Below, one piece after another: positions 26,745 to 41,400 of a DNA stretch of 64,000 bases. How positions within the stretch are numbered: the first letter of the stretch is position 1; the number at the start of each line of letters is the position of its first letter. The notes under the pieces are model-generated. The model did no database searches, had not been told where the DNA came from, and saw nothing but the letters and a program-made list of their open reading frames with translations. Source of the DNA: Proteromonas lacertae (taxonomy: Eukaryota). A program made the translations under genes and the position numbers. Location of the stretch: positions 186,001-250,000 of the forward strand of contig NGBS01000874.1 of NCBI GenBank assembly GCA_002245135.1. Reading direction: 5' to 3'.

Positions 26745-27615
26745 TTATTTACTTCGACATTTCATATATTCAACAAATTCATCAATTTGAGTAGGCCAAG
26801 CACCATCTGCATCAAATTTATCTAAACCATCTGCAAATTGGTTACTAAATGTGAAAAACATCTTCCATAAATCCATTGATATGTGACTAATATTCTTTTC
26901 GTTCAAAAATTTTATAAAATCTTTCACATAAGCTCTATCTGGTATTACTAGGTTTAATATTATTTCTGCACTTTCTCTTTCTAATTTTCTCATTGAACCT
27001 CTCATTTTGTTAAAGCAGTATACTAAAAAATTCTATACATATAAACTAATCAATAATTTATACTTTTAAATCATCTTCATTACTCTTTAAACTGATATAG
27101 ATGGTATTTAATGAATTTTTTAATTGAACTAAGGAGGTAACACTATTCATATAACACTAAAAACATATAAATACTTCATTCCTAAGAATCCAGTTGCCCA
27201 TTCATTTCTACTAATCTCTGTAAGAGATTCACAGTTCATTTTATATAAAATGGCCATCAATTTTGCATCCTAGTGAATAGTAATGTAAAAAATACATCTA
27301 CTTCTATTCCCAAATATTTACACATTTTCGTAATTCCATCAGCATCTATCACACCAGAACGATTTGCATAGGCTTTAAAATCTTTATCTGTTGTATCTGG
27401 TATATAAGCGGATAAACTACGTTATAAATTATTTAATATTACTCTATTTCTCTATTTAATATTTTATTTGCAACACTTTCAACGTCATAGTCAAAATCAA
27501 ATAAGATGGTCTTAGCAACCTCAATACTACAAATAGAACTAAATATATACGGTATATTAACTGTCTCAGCTAATAACTTAGCATTTTCATCAGTTTCTTT
27601 ACCTTTACGAGGCAT
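26745..27615 (-). CDS. DCN1: DCN1-like cullin neddylation E3 (UBA-like + PONY domain)
   Basis: Motifs IDADGITKMCKYLGIE, FYVYCFNK-like segment, ISMDLWKMFFTF and FDADGAWPTQIDEFVEY. Confidence 0.88.
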
Positions 27616-27683
27616 TAAAAAAAAATTCTTTAATGGCTTGAATACACTCAAATAATTGATTCTGAAACGACTCTTTTCTAAAA

Positions 27684-30600
27684 ATGTCGAATATTACTCT
27701 TCCGATAGTAATATGGAGTGGGTATTTGTTGTTTGGATTTATCATATAGACCTCCAGAACATGCAATTGAAACAATGATTCAAAACGAAGATGGAAGTAA
27801 AGTTGTTACACTTTCTTCAAAAGGTGAAATAATTATATGGAACGTTAGTATTAAGAATGAAGGTATTTAATGATGTTTAAAATATTGTTAAATAGATTTA
27901 CTTTTAACTCCTTTTATATATCTTACTCCTCCACATTCATATTTTGCACAAATAGCTATACATAAAGATATGAACAAGGAAATTGTTGTATGTGTAACAA
28001 AAGATGGTGACGTAGTTACTTATGATTTAGTGGAAGGTTAGTATATATATATATAATATTTAATACATATATTATAGTTGTACAAACTATTCACAGAATT
28101 TACTTTCTGGTTGTGAGAATCCTCGACATATTCTTCTGTTAGAACCAATACCATGTACTATAATCTCAAATCAAAGTAATGTAATGGAAATATTCAATTG
28201 TGAGACATTAGAATATATATCCTTTGTAACACAACATAATGATTGGTTAATTGATATGTGTGGAATAGGTCAAATATCTTAATAAATACACATATGTATA
28301 TATAACATTAGGAGCTGACAATAGATTATATTTATGGAGTTATAACTATATGAAACAAGTGTGTAATCCATCCACTAATGTTTTAATTCAAGATAATGAT
28401 GATTCTTATTATATGTATATATATTTATTATTAATTATTATATTAGTGGTTTATGCAGTTCTTTTGATCATAATTATATAATTGTCTATACACCTGATCA
28501 TTGGAAGTTTATAAATATAAGTACGTTGTTTTGTGGTTCAGAATTATTAACTCCTTCTTATAGATTACAGATAGCAAGTATTATAATTAAGAAAATAAAA
28601 TTTATAAGTAAGAATGAATATATTGTTTATTCATCAAATGGATATGCAGAAATATTCAGATATGAAGGTATATATATATAATTATTGCTATTTGAATAGA
28701 TGAATCAAATTGTGAGTTAGTTTATACAATACAAAGACCAGTTCAAAGTTATGGAAAATATGAATATTTTATACACAAATATACAGTTAATGATATTAAT
28801 AGAAATAATAATAATAATAATGAATTAGAAAGTAAAGAAATATATTACTTATTAGCAACAAATGGTGATGATACTATATATTATTATGTTTATCCTGACA
28901 ACATCAATATCTATCCTAAATTCTATTCATTAACAAGTATATGGAGAGAATCAAATAATAAACATATGTCAGTATGTAGTTGCTATATTCCTCCAACAGA
29001 TTATCCTGGTATATTAATAGAAGCAGATATAGATTGTATTATAACTGCAAAAGTATATATATATATATATATATATATTATTATTATTATTATAAATAGT
29101 TGTTACCTACTGATGAATCTCCAGTAGTATTTCAAAATTATGAAATTTTATTTAAAGATGATATTAAGAAGGCACAATGTACATGTGTAGATTATATAAA
29201 AGTTGATAAAAACAATTATATAATCATTTCGACATACAATAATGGTTTAACTCAGTTGTGGGGTTTATCATATAATGTGAATAATATAAAGAACAATATT
29301 TCTCCCTATTTGGATGTAAAGCAGTTGATTAAGGATAAAGTATCTGATTATGCAATTAAAACAATATATAAAAGTAATACTAACCAATCATTTTCTGATT
29401 ACATATTGTTATTTTGTTTAGTTTGTGATGATTTATCTGTTACATTATATGGTGTAAAAAAGAATGATGTAAATACAGTAAGCTCAACTGGAAATATAGT
29501 AAATGTATATAGATTGTATCCAGTTTACTGGTCATAATCACAAGATCATAGATATAAAATGGTTATTACATTTAGGTTATATAGTAGTATGTTGTGAGAC
29601 AGATTTTTCATTTGTTTGGGATATTTACACCGGACACTTAGAGAGATATATTCCTACATCAATAATACTACCAAACAATCCACATATTAATATACATAAT
29701 AATATTAATAATAATATCACTATTAAAAGTCATAATCGTCAGCCTTCTTTACCTAATGTTCCACTTACTAATTCTGTTTATAATAATAATGGTTTAAATG
29801 TTCAATCTCCCACAACAACAACAACAACAACAACGACAACTTGTACTACTAATGGGAATCCATCCACCCCATCTATTGGTTATAATAATAATAATTCAAC
29901 ATCTTCATTACCTATAACTCCTCGTCCAACTCCAAGAGATATAAATGATATTAATAGTTCATTTACTAATAGTCCAATTCATATACAACAACAACAACAG
30001 CAACAACAACAATTACAACAACAACCACAAGATATTATATGTAGTAGATTATTGAAATTAGATACAGTATCTGAACAAACTATATACGATGTTGATATTA
30101 ATAATTCAACTAATCATGGTACTCATGGAATGACAGCCATATCAATACATGTTAAATCGTATTCAAGGTTCTTGAAAGATATTTATTCAAAATTATCTGA
30201 AGAAGATAAGAGGATTAATCCATACTTTATATCTTTTTTTAGTTTTGTTATTTTATATAAAGTTCACTTTAATTATCCTCTTTAAGGGTTTTTATCTCAT
30301 TTATTCTTATGGAATATTGATAATTCATTATGTCATATTTATAATTCTGGTCTTGAATTAGATACACCATCAGTTATGGTTGATTATGGTTTAACAGGAG
30401 CAAAGAATATTGTGTCATGTTATTTTCCATCCCAAATAACTAAAAGGAATTGGTACAAGTATATATATATATATATATATATATAATGTAATTATAATGA
30501 TGATAATAGTATATCGTCATACTTTACTGCATCCTATCAATTATCAATACTTTCAATCTTATTCTCCATGATTAGAAATGAAAGTGATGATGATGATGAT

Positions 30601-32097
30601 AATAATCAATATATTGAATCACTAATAGAAAAATATGGATCATTAATACCATATAAGTTGATAGAAATACCAAATGATACTTCTGATTCATCATCTTATA
30701 CAGTATATATATATTATTTACATTTAGGAATGTTCAATTGATTATTTATCAATGTTCTTTTATGATCATTGGTTTGAATCACATAAAGCAGTTTCTTATA
30801 TAATGACTAGTTTATTTTCAAGATTGACTGTTGATGAAAAGAATGAATTAGTTAATAAATGGCAGCCAATTATTCTGTCATTCTCTGATATTAGATTAGA
30901 ATTATCAGATGAAGATAATATTGTAGTTCCTACTTTGTATGCTGATGATATTATATCATTCAATAGAAACGAGTTACAGAATTTATCAAGATACAAGCCA
31001 TCAATTACTGAAGAAACCGCTGTTTTTATTTTTGGATTATTATGTATGTTATTCTCTCTATTGTTATTGTTATTATAGCTTTATCTGAGATTGATCTTAT
31101 TACTCCAGCAATAGCTAATAAGTTGATATATCCATTGAATTACTATATATTCTATGAATTATATCACTCAATCTTTGCATTAATGGTGTTAGGGAAAGGC
31201 TTTTTCTTGTGGAGACCATATTTATCTGTATAATTCTTAATCATATTTGATTGATATAGAACTATTATGGAAATATTCAATTATTTTTAAATCACCTATT
31301 TCAATTAATGTGTTGTAATGAAAAGAATGATTTATTGCAGATGTTTATAAAGAATACAATATATGAGATTGGTGTTAGAGAACCTGAATTAATAGTACAA
31401 ACAGTCTGTATATTCTCTTATATATATATATATATATATAGCATCAGAATCGTTAAGAAATAGCCAATTAGGGTTAATATATAATGTAACAGCACTTCGT
31501 TCATTAGTTCGTGTGTTATCAAAAGCGCCAATTCATTTTTTCCCATATTTGAACTCAGCAATAGAATGTCTAATGAAAAGTATTGATCCATCAAGACCAA
31601 CTTTAAGAAAAAATGCAATTATAATAGCAAAAGTAGCTATTAAATCATTATTAGAACATTATCCAATGGTTAGTTTTCATCAAGATACTCAAAGATTAGC
31701 AATTGGTACAATAGAAGCATCAATTATTGTGTATGATTTAAGAACTGCACAGAAATGGAGAATATTAGAAGGGCATACTGCTCCATTATCTGTTATATCA
31801 TTCTCTTCTGATGGTTCTACGTTAGTGAGTTATAGTTATCAGGAATCCTCTGTGAAGGTATGGAAAACTGGGAATACTGGTTTTTTCAGTGGATTATTTG
31901 ATGTTCAAGGTAAGTGCATGGATACTATACCAGTACCACATACTACAAGAGAATCGAAATTACCAGATATCTTCAATAACTGTAAAATGCAAGTATTCTT
32001 AGTTTGTATTAATATATTTTCATAGTGGACTTCACCTAGAACGATATTATTAACATTAGAGACGGGAGAATCTCAAAGTATTACACTTAATTTGTAA
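27684..32097 (+). CDS. WDR7: WDR7/WDR72 (rabconnectin-3 beta)-like WD40 protein
   Basis: N-terminus MSNITLPIVIWSGRPPEHAI...GEIILW. C-terminus SIDPSRPTLRK...YPMVSFHQDTQRLAIG...VYDLRT...LEGH...WTSPRTILL. Many short introns. Confidence 0.85.
30229..30285 (+). other. Putative U12-type AT-AA intron (57 nt) in WDR7
   Basis: Sequence ATATCTTTT...TTCACTTTAAT-TATCCTCTTTAA. Removal joins INPYF|GFLSHLFLWNID in frame. A weak GTTTTG..AG alternative also keeps frame. Confidence 0.65.
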
Positions 32098-32192
32098 TTT
32101 CTATTTGTATTTCTTTTTGTTATTATAATTGTTTTTTAAAATGACAAATAAACACAGTAAATACAAATAAAAACAACAGTACTGTCTTTTTA

Positions 32193-34387
32193 TTATTTAT
32201 GATAATTAAATCTCACTTTCAACAAGTATCTAAAATTGATTTGAGCAACATTATAAACAATAAACTCGTTATATAGCAATGAGCCTTTTTTATCATCATT
32301 TATCATCTTACCACATGGAACAATTACACCATCATCTAAAGTAATTGAACCTTTAGGATCAGGATAGTTACAACCACATCCTTTAGTACTGCTACATCCT
32401 TTTGGCAACTTATCTGCATTATAATCACTATATAATAAATCTTACAAAATAATATTAAGAAAAATAAATATTAAATAAAATAAATAAATAAATAAAAAAG
32501 ATATATTTGTTTTTCCTAAAGCAACTTCACATAACAGCATTACACCTTCATTACTACCATCATAAGTATTACAATAACAATAATTTGCACTTTTAGTAAC
32601 ACAATCAGCGAAGTAAACACCTTTGCCAAACATATATCCAGTCACTGGAGCTTCTGGTGGTGCAATTCTTAACCCTTGCGATAATATACCAACAAAATTA
32701 GTCAATCTACTTCCATGCCATAATAAATTGATATTTCCAATATCTTTAACATAATTACGATATCTTTTATCAACTTCTGGCTTGTTTACTTTAAATGCTT
32801 CCAATAATTCCAATTTATAACCAGTATGTGTTTTACCACATGTATTTTGAATATAATTCATTATTACATGATAGTCATTTTCTGTTGTATTTATTGGCAG
32901 AATATCACATTCCAATTGATTATAATATCTTGTAATTTCATCAACATTACTCTTTTCTTCTTGAATAATTTTGGTGGTGATTTTCATATCAGAAAGTGAA
33001 GACAATAATGTCAATTTGGATTTAACTTCATTTATATCATTAATTAAATGATCAATCATCTTACTAAAACCAAAATCATGAGGAATATGAGAATAAAATT
33101 GACTTGTCAAATCCATTAATACATCTCTCTTTGGTTTATTTTTACTAACTTCATCAGCTATTCTCTTCAATATTTCATACCCCTTTTTAATGGAATTATC
33201 ACTTAATTTTCCTAATGGCATCTTATTAGCATCATATCCTATCTCTACCAATGTTCTCTTTAATAAATTCTTATCAAATATCATTTCTACTAATCTCTGA
33301 ACTTGTAATGGTAATTTACAATCTTCTATTTCTTCATCATTATCCTTTTCATCTTCATCATCTTCTTCATCATCTTTATCCTTTCCATCATCATCTGCAC
33401 TTTCCTATATATATATATATATATATTATATTATATTATATTATATTAATACATCAACTTCAATAAGTGTATATTTTCCTTTCTTTTCTTCAAATTCTTC
33501 TCCCCATGTATTACCAGTTTTAGCATTGAATTTTTTCATAAATTCCCTTTTCATATCATCTAAACTACCACTCTAAATATATAAATATATATATATATAA
33601 ATATATATTTTTTATACAGAATAGCTTTTTTGACCATCATAACCTACTCTTCCCCATCTAAAGAAACAATGATAACTATTTCTACACTTTATTAGCTGGC
33701 AAATATAGAATTTGTTATTATTGTCTTTTAAATTTGTTTGGTTCAATGTTGCATGCCATACACAATCATTGTCTTTATATACTTCACCACCTCCAAATTG
33801 AGATTGAGCAAATTTATCGACATGAATTGTTGGAAATTTCTTTTCTTTTCCTTTTGCTATTTTATCTGGAATTACTATATCTACTGCAGATTTTGATGAT
33901 TTTTTTGTAGCTCCTTTCTTTTTAGCTGGTGATGAAGAAGGGGATGGAGTTGGAGATGCAGCTTTAGTAGCACTAGCATCTTTCTTTCCTTTTTTTGCTT
34001 TAGATGTAGGTGTTGCAGCTTTTCTTTTAGTGCTCTTGGATTTAGAAGCTATATCTATCAAAAAATCTTCAATTTTAGCTTTTCCTTTTTTATCAATCAT
34101 CACATCGATAAAATCTTCGCTAATAAGACGTTTTTGCACATCCGCATCATCTAAATCTACTTTCTAACAAATCATATATATAAACAAATACATCCTTCAC
34201 CTCATCAACCGAATCTACATTACAGATGATGTACGGATCAGCCTTCATACTTGTTGTGACTTTTCCTCCATTACTTCTGATAGTTTTCTCTAATTGACTC
34301 TTTGTGTGGTTTTCAATGTTCTTAGTCACAAAAAATATCAAATCTAATGGGGATAAACACCTAATAAATACCTTTTAATGAAGACAT
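32193..34387 (-). CDS. PARP: Poly(ADP-ribose) polymerase (BRCT-like + WGR + regulatory + catalytic domains)
   Basis: Motifs LNQTNLKDNNNKFYICQL...RWGRVG, KMPLGKLS, LWHGSRLTNF...GLRIAPPEAPVTGYMFGKGVYFAD...KSANY and LLYNEFIVY. The H-Y-E triad is intact. Confidence 0.95.
32442..32504 (-). other. Putative U12-type AT-AA intron (63 nt) in the PARP catalytic domain
   Basis: Sequence ATATCTTTT...TTTTTCTTAAT-ATTATTTTGTAA. Removal gives EVALGKTN|DLLYSDYNADKLPKG, matching the PARP motif spacing. Confidence 0.85.
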
Positions 34388-34606
34388 AACAAGATATTAT
34401 TCAAATTAGAATCAAGTTTAAGTTTGAAAGAATATTTTTGGAGGTTAGTCAAATATATGGCGCTACAGCGTTAACCTATATCATATTGTTAATTGTTCAT
34501 TGATAAACATGTTGCATACTTAAAATCATGGATTCATTATATCTTTCTCTCATTATTAGATATTTAAAATTATATTCGTTTCTTTTGATCAAGCCAAATA
34601 ATTCAA

Positions 34607-37566
34607 ATGTTTAAGAAACCAAAAACTGAACAAAGTAAAAGCAAAAGACAGAAAAATAGAGATGAAAACGAAGAAGAAGAAAAAATCGTAATTAAAAGAC
34701 CAAGACTAGATGTGAAAGAAGAGGAAATTGATGTATGTTGCCTTTTTTTATAGTTTAGGAAGAAGAACAAGAAAGATTAAGAGACCAAAAAGAAAAACAA
34801 GAATTTGAAGAAGTATAACTATTCATTATTATACTCTTTTTCATAGAGACTACTTAAACGTGATGATGAAAACACAAGAAAAGTATTATTTATATTTATG
34901 TACATATGTTAATAGTTTGCTGGTAAAAAGGTAGTAGAGACTGCATCAATTGCTACATTAAGTCAAGCAGAGCGAGATGCAGCTGTTCCAGAGTTAAGAC
35001 AACAGAGTAGACAAAAATATTTGCTGGAAAGGAAAGAGAAAGAAATAGATTTGTTGAGATGGAAGATTAGAGATGAAGAAGAGTTATTCAGGCAAGAAAA
35101 ACTTACAGATGTAGAAATAAAAAGATTAGAAGCTAATAAAGAGCTTGTAAAAGAATTGGAAAAAGAAATCTTAAAAGAAGATAATGATGAAAATTATCAT
35201 ATTCCAGAAAGTTATATTGATGAATCAGGAAAATTAGACAAATCTAAAAAAGAGTCATTATTAAATTCTAGATATACAGTAGAAAAAGTAGAAAAAACAG
35301 AACAAGAGTTATGGGAAGAACATCAGACAGAAGCAAGTAAAGTAGACGTAATGACAAATAAGAAAAAAAAGAATGAATATGATTTAGTTTTAGATGATGA
35401 AATAGATTTTATTAGTGACAAAATTATTAATGGAGATTTATCATTGGAAGAATTAGATGAAGAAATGGAAAAAAATGAAGTATAAATTATTATTATTGTA
35501 ATAATAGAAAAAACAAAAATTACAAGATATTCAAGAAGTAAGAAAACTATTACCAATCTATAAATATAGACAAGAATTTATAGATGCAGTACAGGAACAT
35601 CAAATATTAATCGTCACTGCAGAAACTGGTAGTGGGAAAACTACTCAAATACCTCAATATTTATGCGAAGTAGGTTATGGTAAAATAGGAAAGATAGGTT
35701 GCACTCAACCAAGAAGATTAGCAGCAATGAGTGTCGCAGCTCGTGTAAGTCAAGAAATGAATGTAATATTAGGAAATGAAGTAGGTTATAGTATAAGATT
35801 TAATGATTGTACAAGTGATAAAACTGTAATAAAATATATGACAGATGGTATGTTATTAAGAGAGTTTTTAACTGAACCTGATTTAGCTAGTTATAGTGTA
35901 ATGATAATAGATGAAGCACATGAACGAAGTTTACATACAGATATATTATTAGGATTGATTAAAGATATTGCAAGATTTAGAGATGATTTGAAAGTGATTA
36001 TTTCCTCTGCAACTTTAGATGCTGAGAAATTTAGTAAATATTTTGATGATGCTCCTTTATTTAAGATTCCTGGAAGAAGATTTAATGTTGATACATTATA
36101 CACAAAACAACCTGAAGCTAATTATATTGATGCTGCTGTATTATCTAGTATAAATATACAATTAAATTATATTCTTTAAATAGTTTTACAAATTCATATT
36201 TCTCAACCTTTACCTGGTGATATTTTAGTGTTTTTAACTGGTCAAGAAGAAATAGAATCAGCAGTTGATAATCTAAAAGCAAGAACAAAAGGTTTAGGCA
36301 CAAAAATAAAGGAATTAATAATACTTCCAGTTTATGCCAATTTACCACAAGATCAACAAGCCAAGATATTTGAACCAGCACCTAGTGAAGGACGTAAAGT
36401 GATTTTAGCAACAAATATTGCAGAAACATCCTTAACAATTGATGGTATAAGATATGTAATAGATACTGGATTTTGTAAGCAAAATGTATATAATCCAAGA
36501 ACAGGAGTAGAATCATTAGTTGTAACACCAATATCACAAGTATTATTATTGTTATTATTATTATTTATAGGCAGCAGCTGATCAAAGAATGGGTAGAGCT
36601 GGAAGAACAGGTCCAGGAAAAGCTTTCAGACTATACACAAAATGGGCTTATGAGCATGAATTGAATGGTTATACAGTTCCAGAAATACAAAGAACTAATT
36701 TAGCATCTGTTGTATTAATGTTGAAGTCACTTGGAATAAATGATTTGATGCACTTTGATTTTTTAGATCCTCCTCCAGCTGAAACTATTATAAAAGCGCT
36801 TGAACACTTATACGCACTTGGTGCATTAAATGATAGAGGAGAATTAACGAAATTAGGTAGAAGGATGGCAGAATTTCCATGTGATCCACAAACAGCCAAA
36901 ATGATAATAAAAAGCGAAGATTATGGTGTAAGTAATGAAATTATAACTATAGCAGCAATGCTAGATGTAAATGGTGCAGTGTTTTATAGACCAAAAGGAA
37001 GTGAAAAAGAAGCAGATAATGCTAGAAAGAACTTTGAAAGAAGTGGTGTTGGTGATCATATTGCTTTATTAAATGTTTATAATGAATGGACTGAGAATCA
37101 AAGATCCAATCAATGGTGTAGACAGAACTTTGTTCAAGAGAAATCATTAAATAGAGCTGAAGATATTCGTGAACAACTTGTAAACTTATGTTCAAGAGTA
37201 GAAGTAGAAATTAAAAGTGATGTTAACAATCTAATCGCAATAAGGAAAGCACTTTGTGAAGGGTATTTTATGCATACAGCGAAAGAACAGAAGAGTGGTT
37301 CATATGCTACTACAAGGCATAGACATACGACTAATATTCATCCACAATCTTTACTATTTGACAAAGAACCAAAACCTGAATGGGTATTGTATCATGAATT
37401 AGTTTTTACTACTAAAGAATACATGAGAACTGTTACTGTAATAGATCCTAAATGGTTGATGGAAATTGCACCGCATTATGTGGGGAATTTGAAAATTAGT
37501 ATTGAAGAGAATAAATTGAAAATGCCAAAAAATACTGGAAAATCAAGGAGAATAGATGATATATAA
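34607..37566 (+). CDS. DHX16: DEAH-box pre-mRNA splicing helicase DHX16/Prp2
   Basis: Motifs [84 protein letters not shown] and [12 protein letters not shown]. Confidence 0.92.
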
Positions 37567-37671
37567 CTTTTTTTTGTTTTGTTTATATAATGCTTAGGAA
37601 TAAAAACACACATTTTCTAAAAAGTAATAAATTAAGAAAGCAAAATCAAAAAAGACTATGTAATCTTCTTT

Positions 37672-38396
37672 CTAATACTGATATTCTAATATTGGCTCTC
37701 CTACATTCTTTATTTCTTCAATCGTACATTTCAAAGCGAATACTTTACTAATTATAATCTTAAAAATCTTTCTAATATTTATTGAATGACTAGCAGACGT
37801 AAATACCAATGGAGCTTTCATTGCTTTTGCAAATTTTCTTGCAAATTTACATATATCTTCTTGTTCTTCTTTTGTCAGTTTGGTAAATTGATCATATTTT
37901 GTACCAATCAAAAATGGCAAAGCAGAATGGTTCAATCCTCTCACTTGCTTATACCAGTCCTTAATACTATATATAATAAAATAACAACATAAAACTTATA
38001 TATATATATATACTTTCTCAGTGTACTATTTCTAGTCAAATCAAACATAAATAGTATTACTACTGCATCATTGCAAACTAAGGGCAGCATATTGCTAAAT
38101 TCTCTTTGACCACCTAAATCCCATATGCTGAATGTGATTTCAGTATTTTTCAGTAGAATAGTCTTCTCCATAAAATTAACACCTAATTTTTAACAAAAAT
38201 CAATAATACCTAGTGTTTGGATATAGTCTTCATCGAATTTATTTTCTACATACTTTACCATCAGTGAAGTCTTACCAATTTGAGCTTCACCCACCATTCC
38301 AACTTTTATCTACAACAATAATTATTTATAATATACTGTTACACTATTTTTTCCTTCTTCATGAGTGTTATCCTCATGAGACTCTTCATCAGACAT
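37672..38396 (-). CDS. TEM1: Spg1/Tem1 septum/mitotic-exit small GTPase
   Basis: Motifs [65 protein letters not shown] and [17 protein letters not shown]. Confidence 0.93.
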
Positions 38397-38445
38397 TTTT
38401 ATAAAAAATTTCAAATGTAGGGTTCAAGTTAAAAGCTTGTCGATA

Positions 38446-41400
38446 ATGAATGATATTTTTTCATTATCTCGTGATCCGGTGTGTTTATCAGAAGATGAAC
38501 CATGGAAGAGTATTAAATTCTATGGAAGCTATGTAATACTACTGGACTCAACTAGAGTGTCTGTTTTAGATCTTGGGATTATTGACTCCAATGCAAATCA
38601 ACAGACATTTGAAATCGCTGATTTATTATACAGCTCATCACATATTTCAGGAAAGACCGTGTTTCTATTAACCAGTGAAGGTGAACTTATACAATTTCAA
38701 CCTGGTTTGAATGAATATTCATTTATAGATTGTCCATATCTAAACAAATTCTTCTTTAAAGTACCAAAAGGATGTTTTGGATCGTTTGAATCACATTATA
38801 CCTTTATAAAAGCCATATTATCAAATTCAAATGATTGTATAGTAATAATAACCCAAGATTTTGAAATGATATTTGGTATTTATCCCTTTATGACAGATAA
38901 TTGGAAATTAATCTCTTTAGTTCAGTCAGATGAAAAACCTCTATCAAGTATATTAGACCCACATATTTGTGATATATCCGTTACATTCCCAACTCCTCAA
39001 TGTCCAGTGTTGTATATATACTTGTCATCAATTGATTGTGAGAAATCTATTCATTTATATGTATTTTCGTATGATATTGATAGTTCAATTTCTTCATTAT
39101 TAATCCCAATGCATTTATCTCAAAAGATATTCCCTTATAAGTATAATTCAAAGATATCATCAATCTGTATTTCTACTCACCCTGTAAACCATACTGCTCT
39201 TATTGCTGTAAATAGTTCACAATATACACAATTATACTCTTATACATTTTACAGCAACAATTTCCATCATTGTATCTTATACAAAAGTGAAAGTGAAGCA
39301 AAAGATGAAGTAATACAAATAGAGTGGATGTTAAGTAGATCAATCATATTAACAATAACGAATAGTGGAAAATTAAAGATTTATACACCTTCATTAAAAC
39401 CATTAATATTGATCCACAGTAATGATATGAATGAATATATAATATGTAAAGATCAATACACTATACAATTAGATAAAAACACTAATACTAGACATCATCA
39501 TAAATCTAGAAATAATAATAATTGCCATTATTCCCTTTACATTAACAATTCAATAGATTACTCCATAGATTCATTCCAATTGAATAATGCTAATAATAAT
39601 AACAATAACTACAGACATAGTCAGTTTCATTATAATCTCTTATCTTTATCATCTTCGCCAAATTCTCCAATGAATAGTAGTAAACATGAGAATATTCTAA
39701 ATTCCCATACATCTACGACTAATGTGATACAAGAAATGAATGAGAATAATCAGATTATATATTATTCAAATGGTTATTATTTATGGTATATAAAGTGTCC
39801 AGTATTTTATTCAGAAAAATGTATAATTATAATATATATATATATATATAGTTAATTATAATACTTTAACACCACTTTCTTATTTAAATAATTTAAAACA
39901 GACTTTACAAATGGATATTTATGTTAAACCTTCATTATATATTCAATATAACACTATTAAGCCCATGTACAATGAATCGATCAATCTGTTCAGATTATCA
40001 AGAGAGTTGTATAATTCAAATAATGAATATTATTCATTCTATTTACCTATTATTATAAAATACTTTGAGAATATACTCTCTACATTATTATTATTACATT
40101 CGTCATCAAATACAACTTCATCATCTTCATTTACAACTTCTTTTCATAGTAAAGATGATAATTTATCATTACTAAATATAGTTCATTTATTACACGATAT
40201 AGAACTTCACTTATCTGACTATAATGTGGAAGAAATGGTGTATTTATATAACATCAGAATGTTATTAAGTTTATATATGTTTTCATATAATTCGAATAAT
40301 GTAATATTGCCAATTCAAAGCAATCAAAATGGAACAAATTCTATAAGATCTGATTCACCATTAACATATCAAACAAATAGTGGAGGAGGAGGAGGCAGTA
40401 ATAACAATAATCAACAACAACCAAATAGTGAAAGAAAACAACGTAGTTATAGTATAGATCATAATAGATCAAACAGTACTGGGAATGTAACTTCAACATT
40501 TCGAAAAATAAGTTATAATAATAATAATAATAGAAGAAGATATAGTATAAATTCCAATTATGGAAATAGTTATAATAGCATTAATAACAACAGTAATATT
40601 GGTAATGGACAAATACAGTATTATTTATTAGCCAATCAAATGATTCCTTCTAAATTAAGGAATATTAATTCAACATATATTAATTCTGATGTTGATAAAT
40701 ATTTCTTGTTTTTATATCATCCAATCAGAGACTTGTATTTTTTTAATAAAACAAAAAACAAAAAATATGAAAAGTCGCAAATTAGTTTATTTCAACATTA
40801 TAAGAATTATACTTTTCCTTCCAGATTTGATTTTGATAATTATTATCATAGTAATTATAATAATAATAGTTATAGTCAGTTGGTAAATATAGGATTATTG
40901 TTTATTGAACATTATCGTCTCTCTGAATTATTTGATTTGTGTAATTATATCAATTCAAAATATGGAAATAATAAGGAGAATAATAATGAAGGAGAAGATG
41001 ATGATGAAGACAATAGGAAAGGTGATAATGATGATGGTAGTAAGAATGACAGTCATGAAAAGGAGAATAGTTTTTACTTTTTACATTTTATTGTTGCAAA
41101 TTTGATCGTTTCATATTTAAATTATACACCACTGTATTATCCATCCTCTTATTCAACCAAAAGAAATTGATAATCAAAGAATTAAATGCTCAAAAGTTGA
41201 AAAAAACAGTATCTGTATGCTCTAGTTGGAATTATGCTACAGCCATTAGATTCTATAAACTTTCAGGTAGAGAAGAAAGAGCAGTAGAAATATTATTAAG
41301 AAATGATAATGAATTTGATATAGCTAGATTATAGTATAAATATATATATTTATTTATTATCGATAGTCAGTTATTATCAAAGAAATCAGTAGAAGAGAAT

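Noticed and set aside
28268..28312. A fourth ATATCT-starting intron in WDR7
   Set aside because: It has no matching TTAAT-12nt-TAA end. A GT-AG intron or a single extra A explains the frame equally well.
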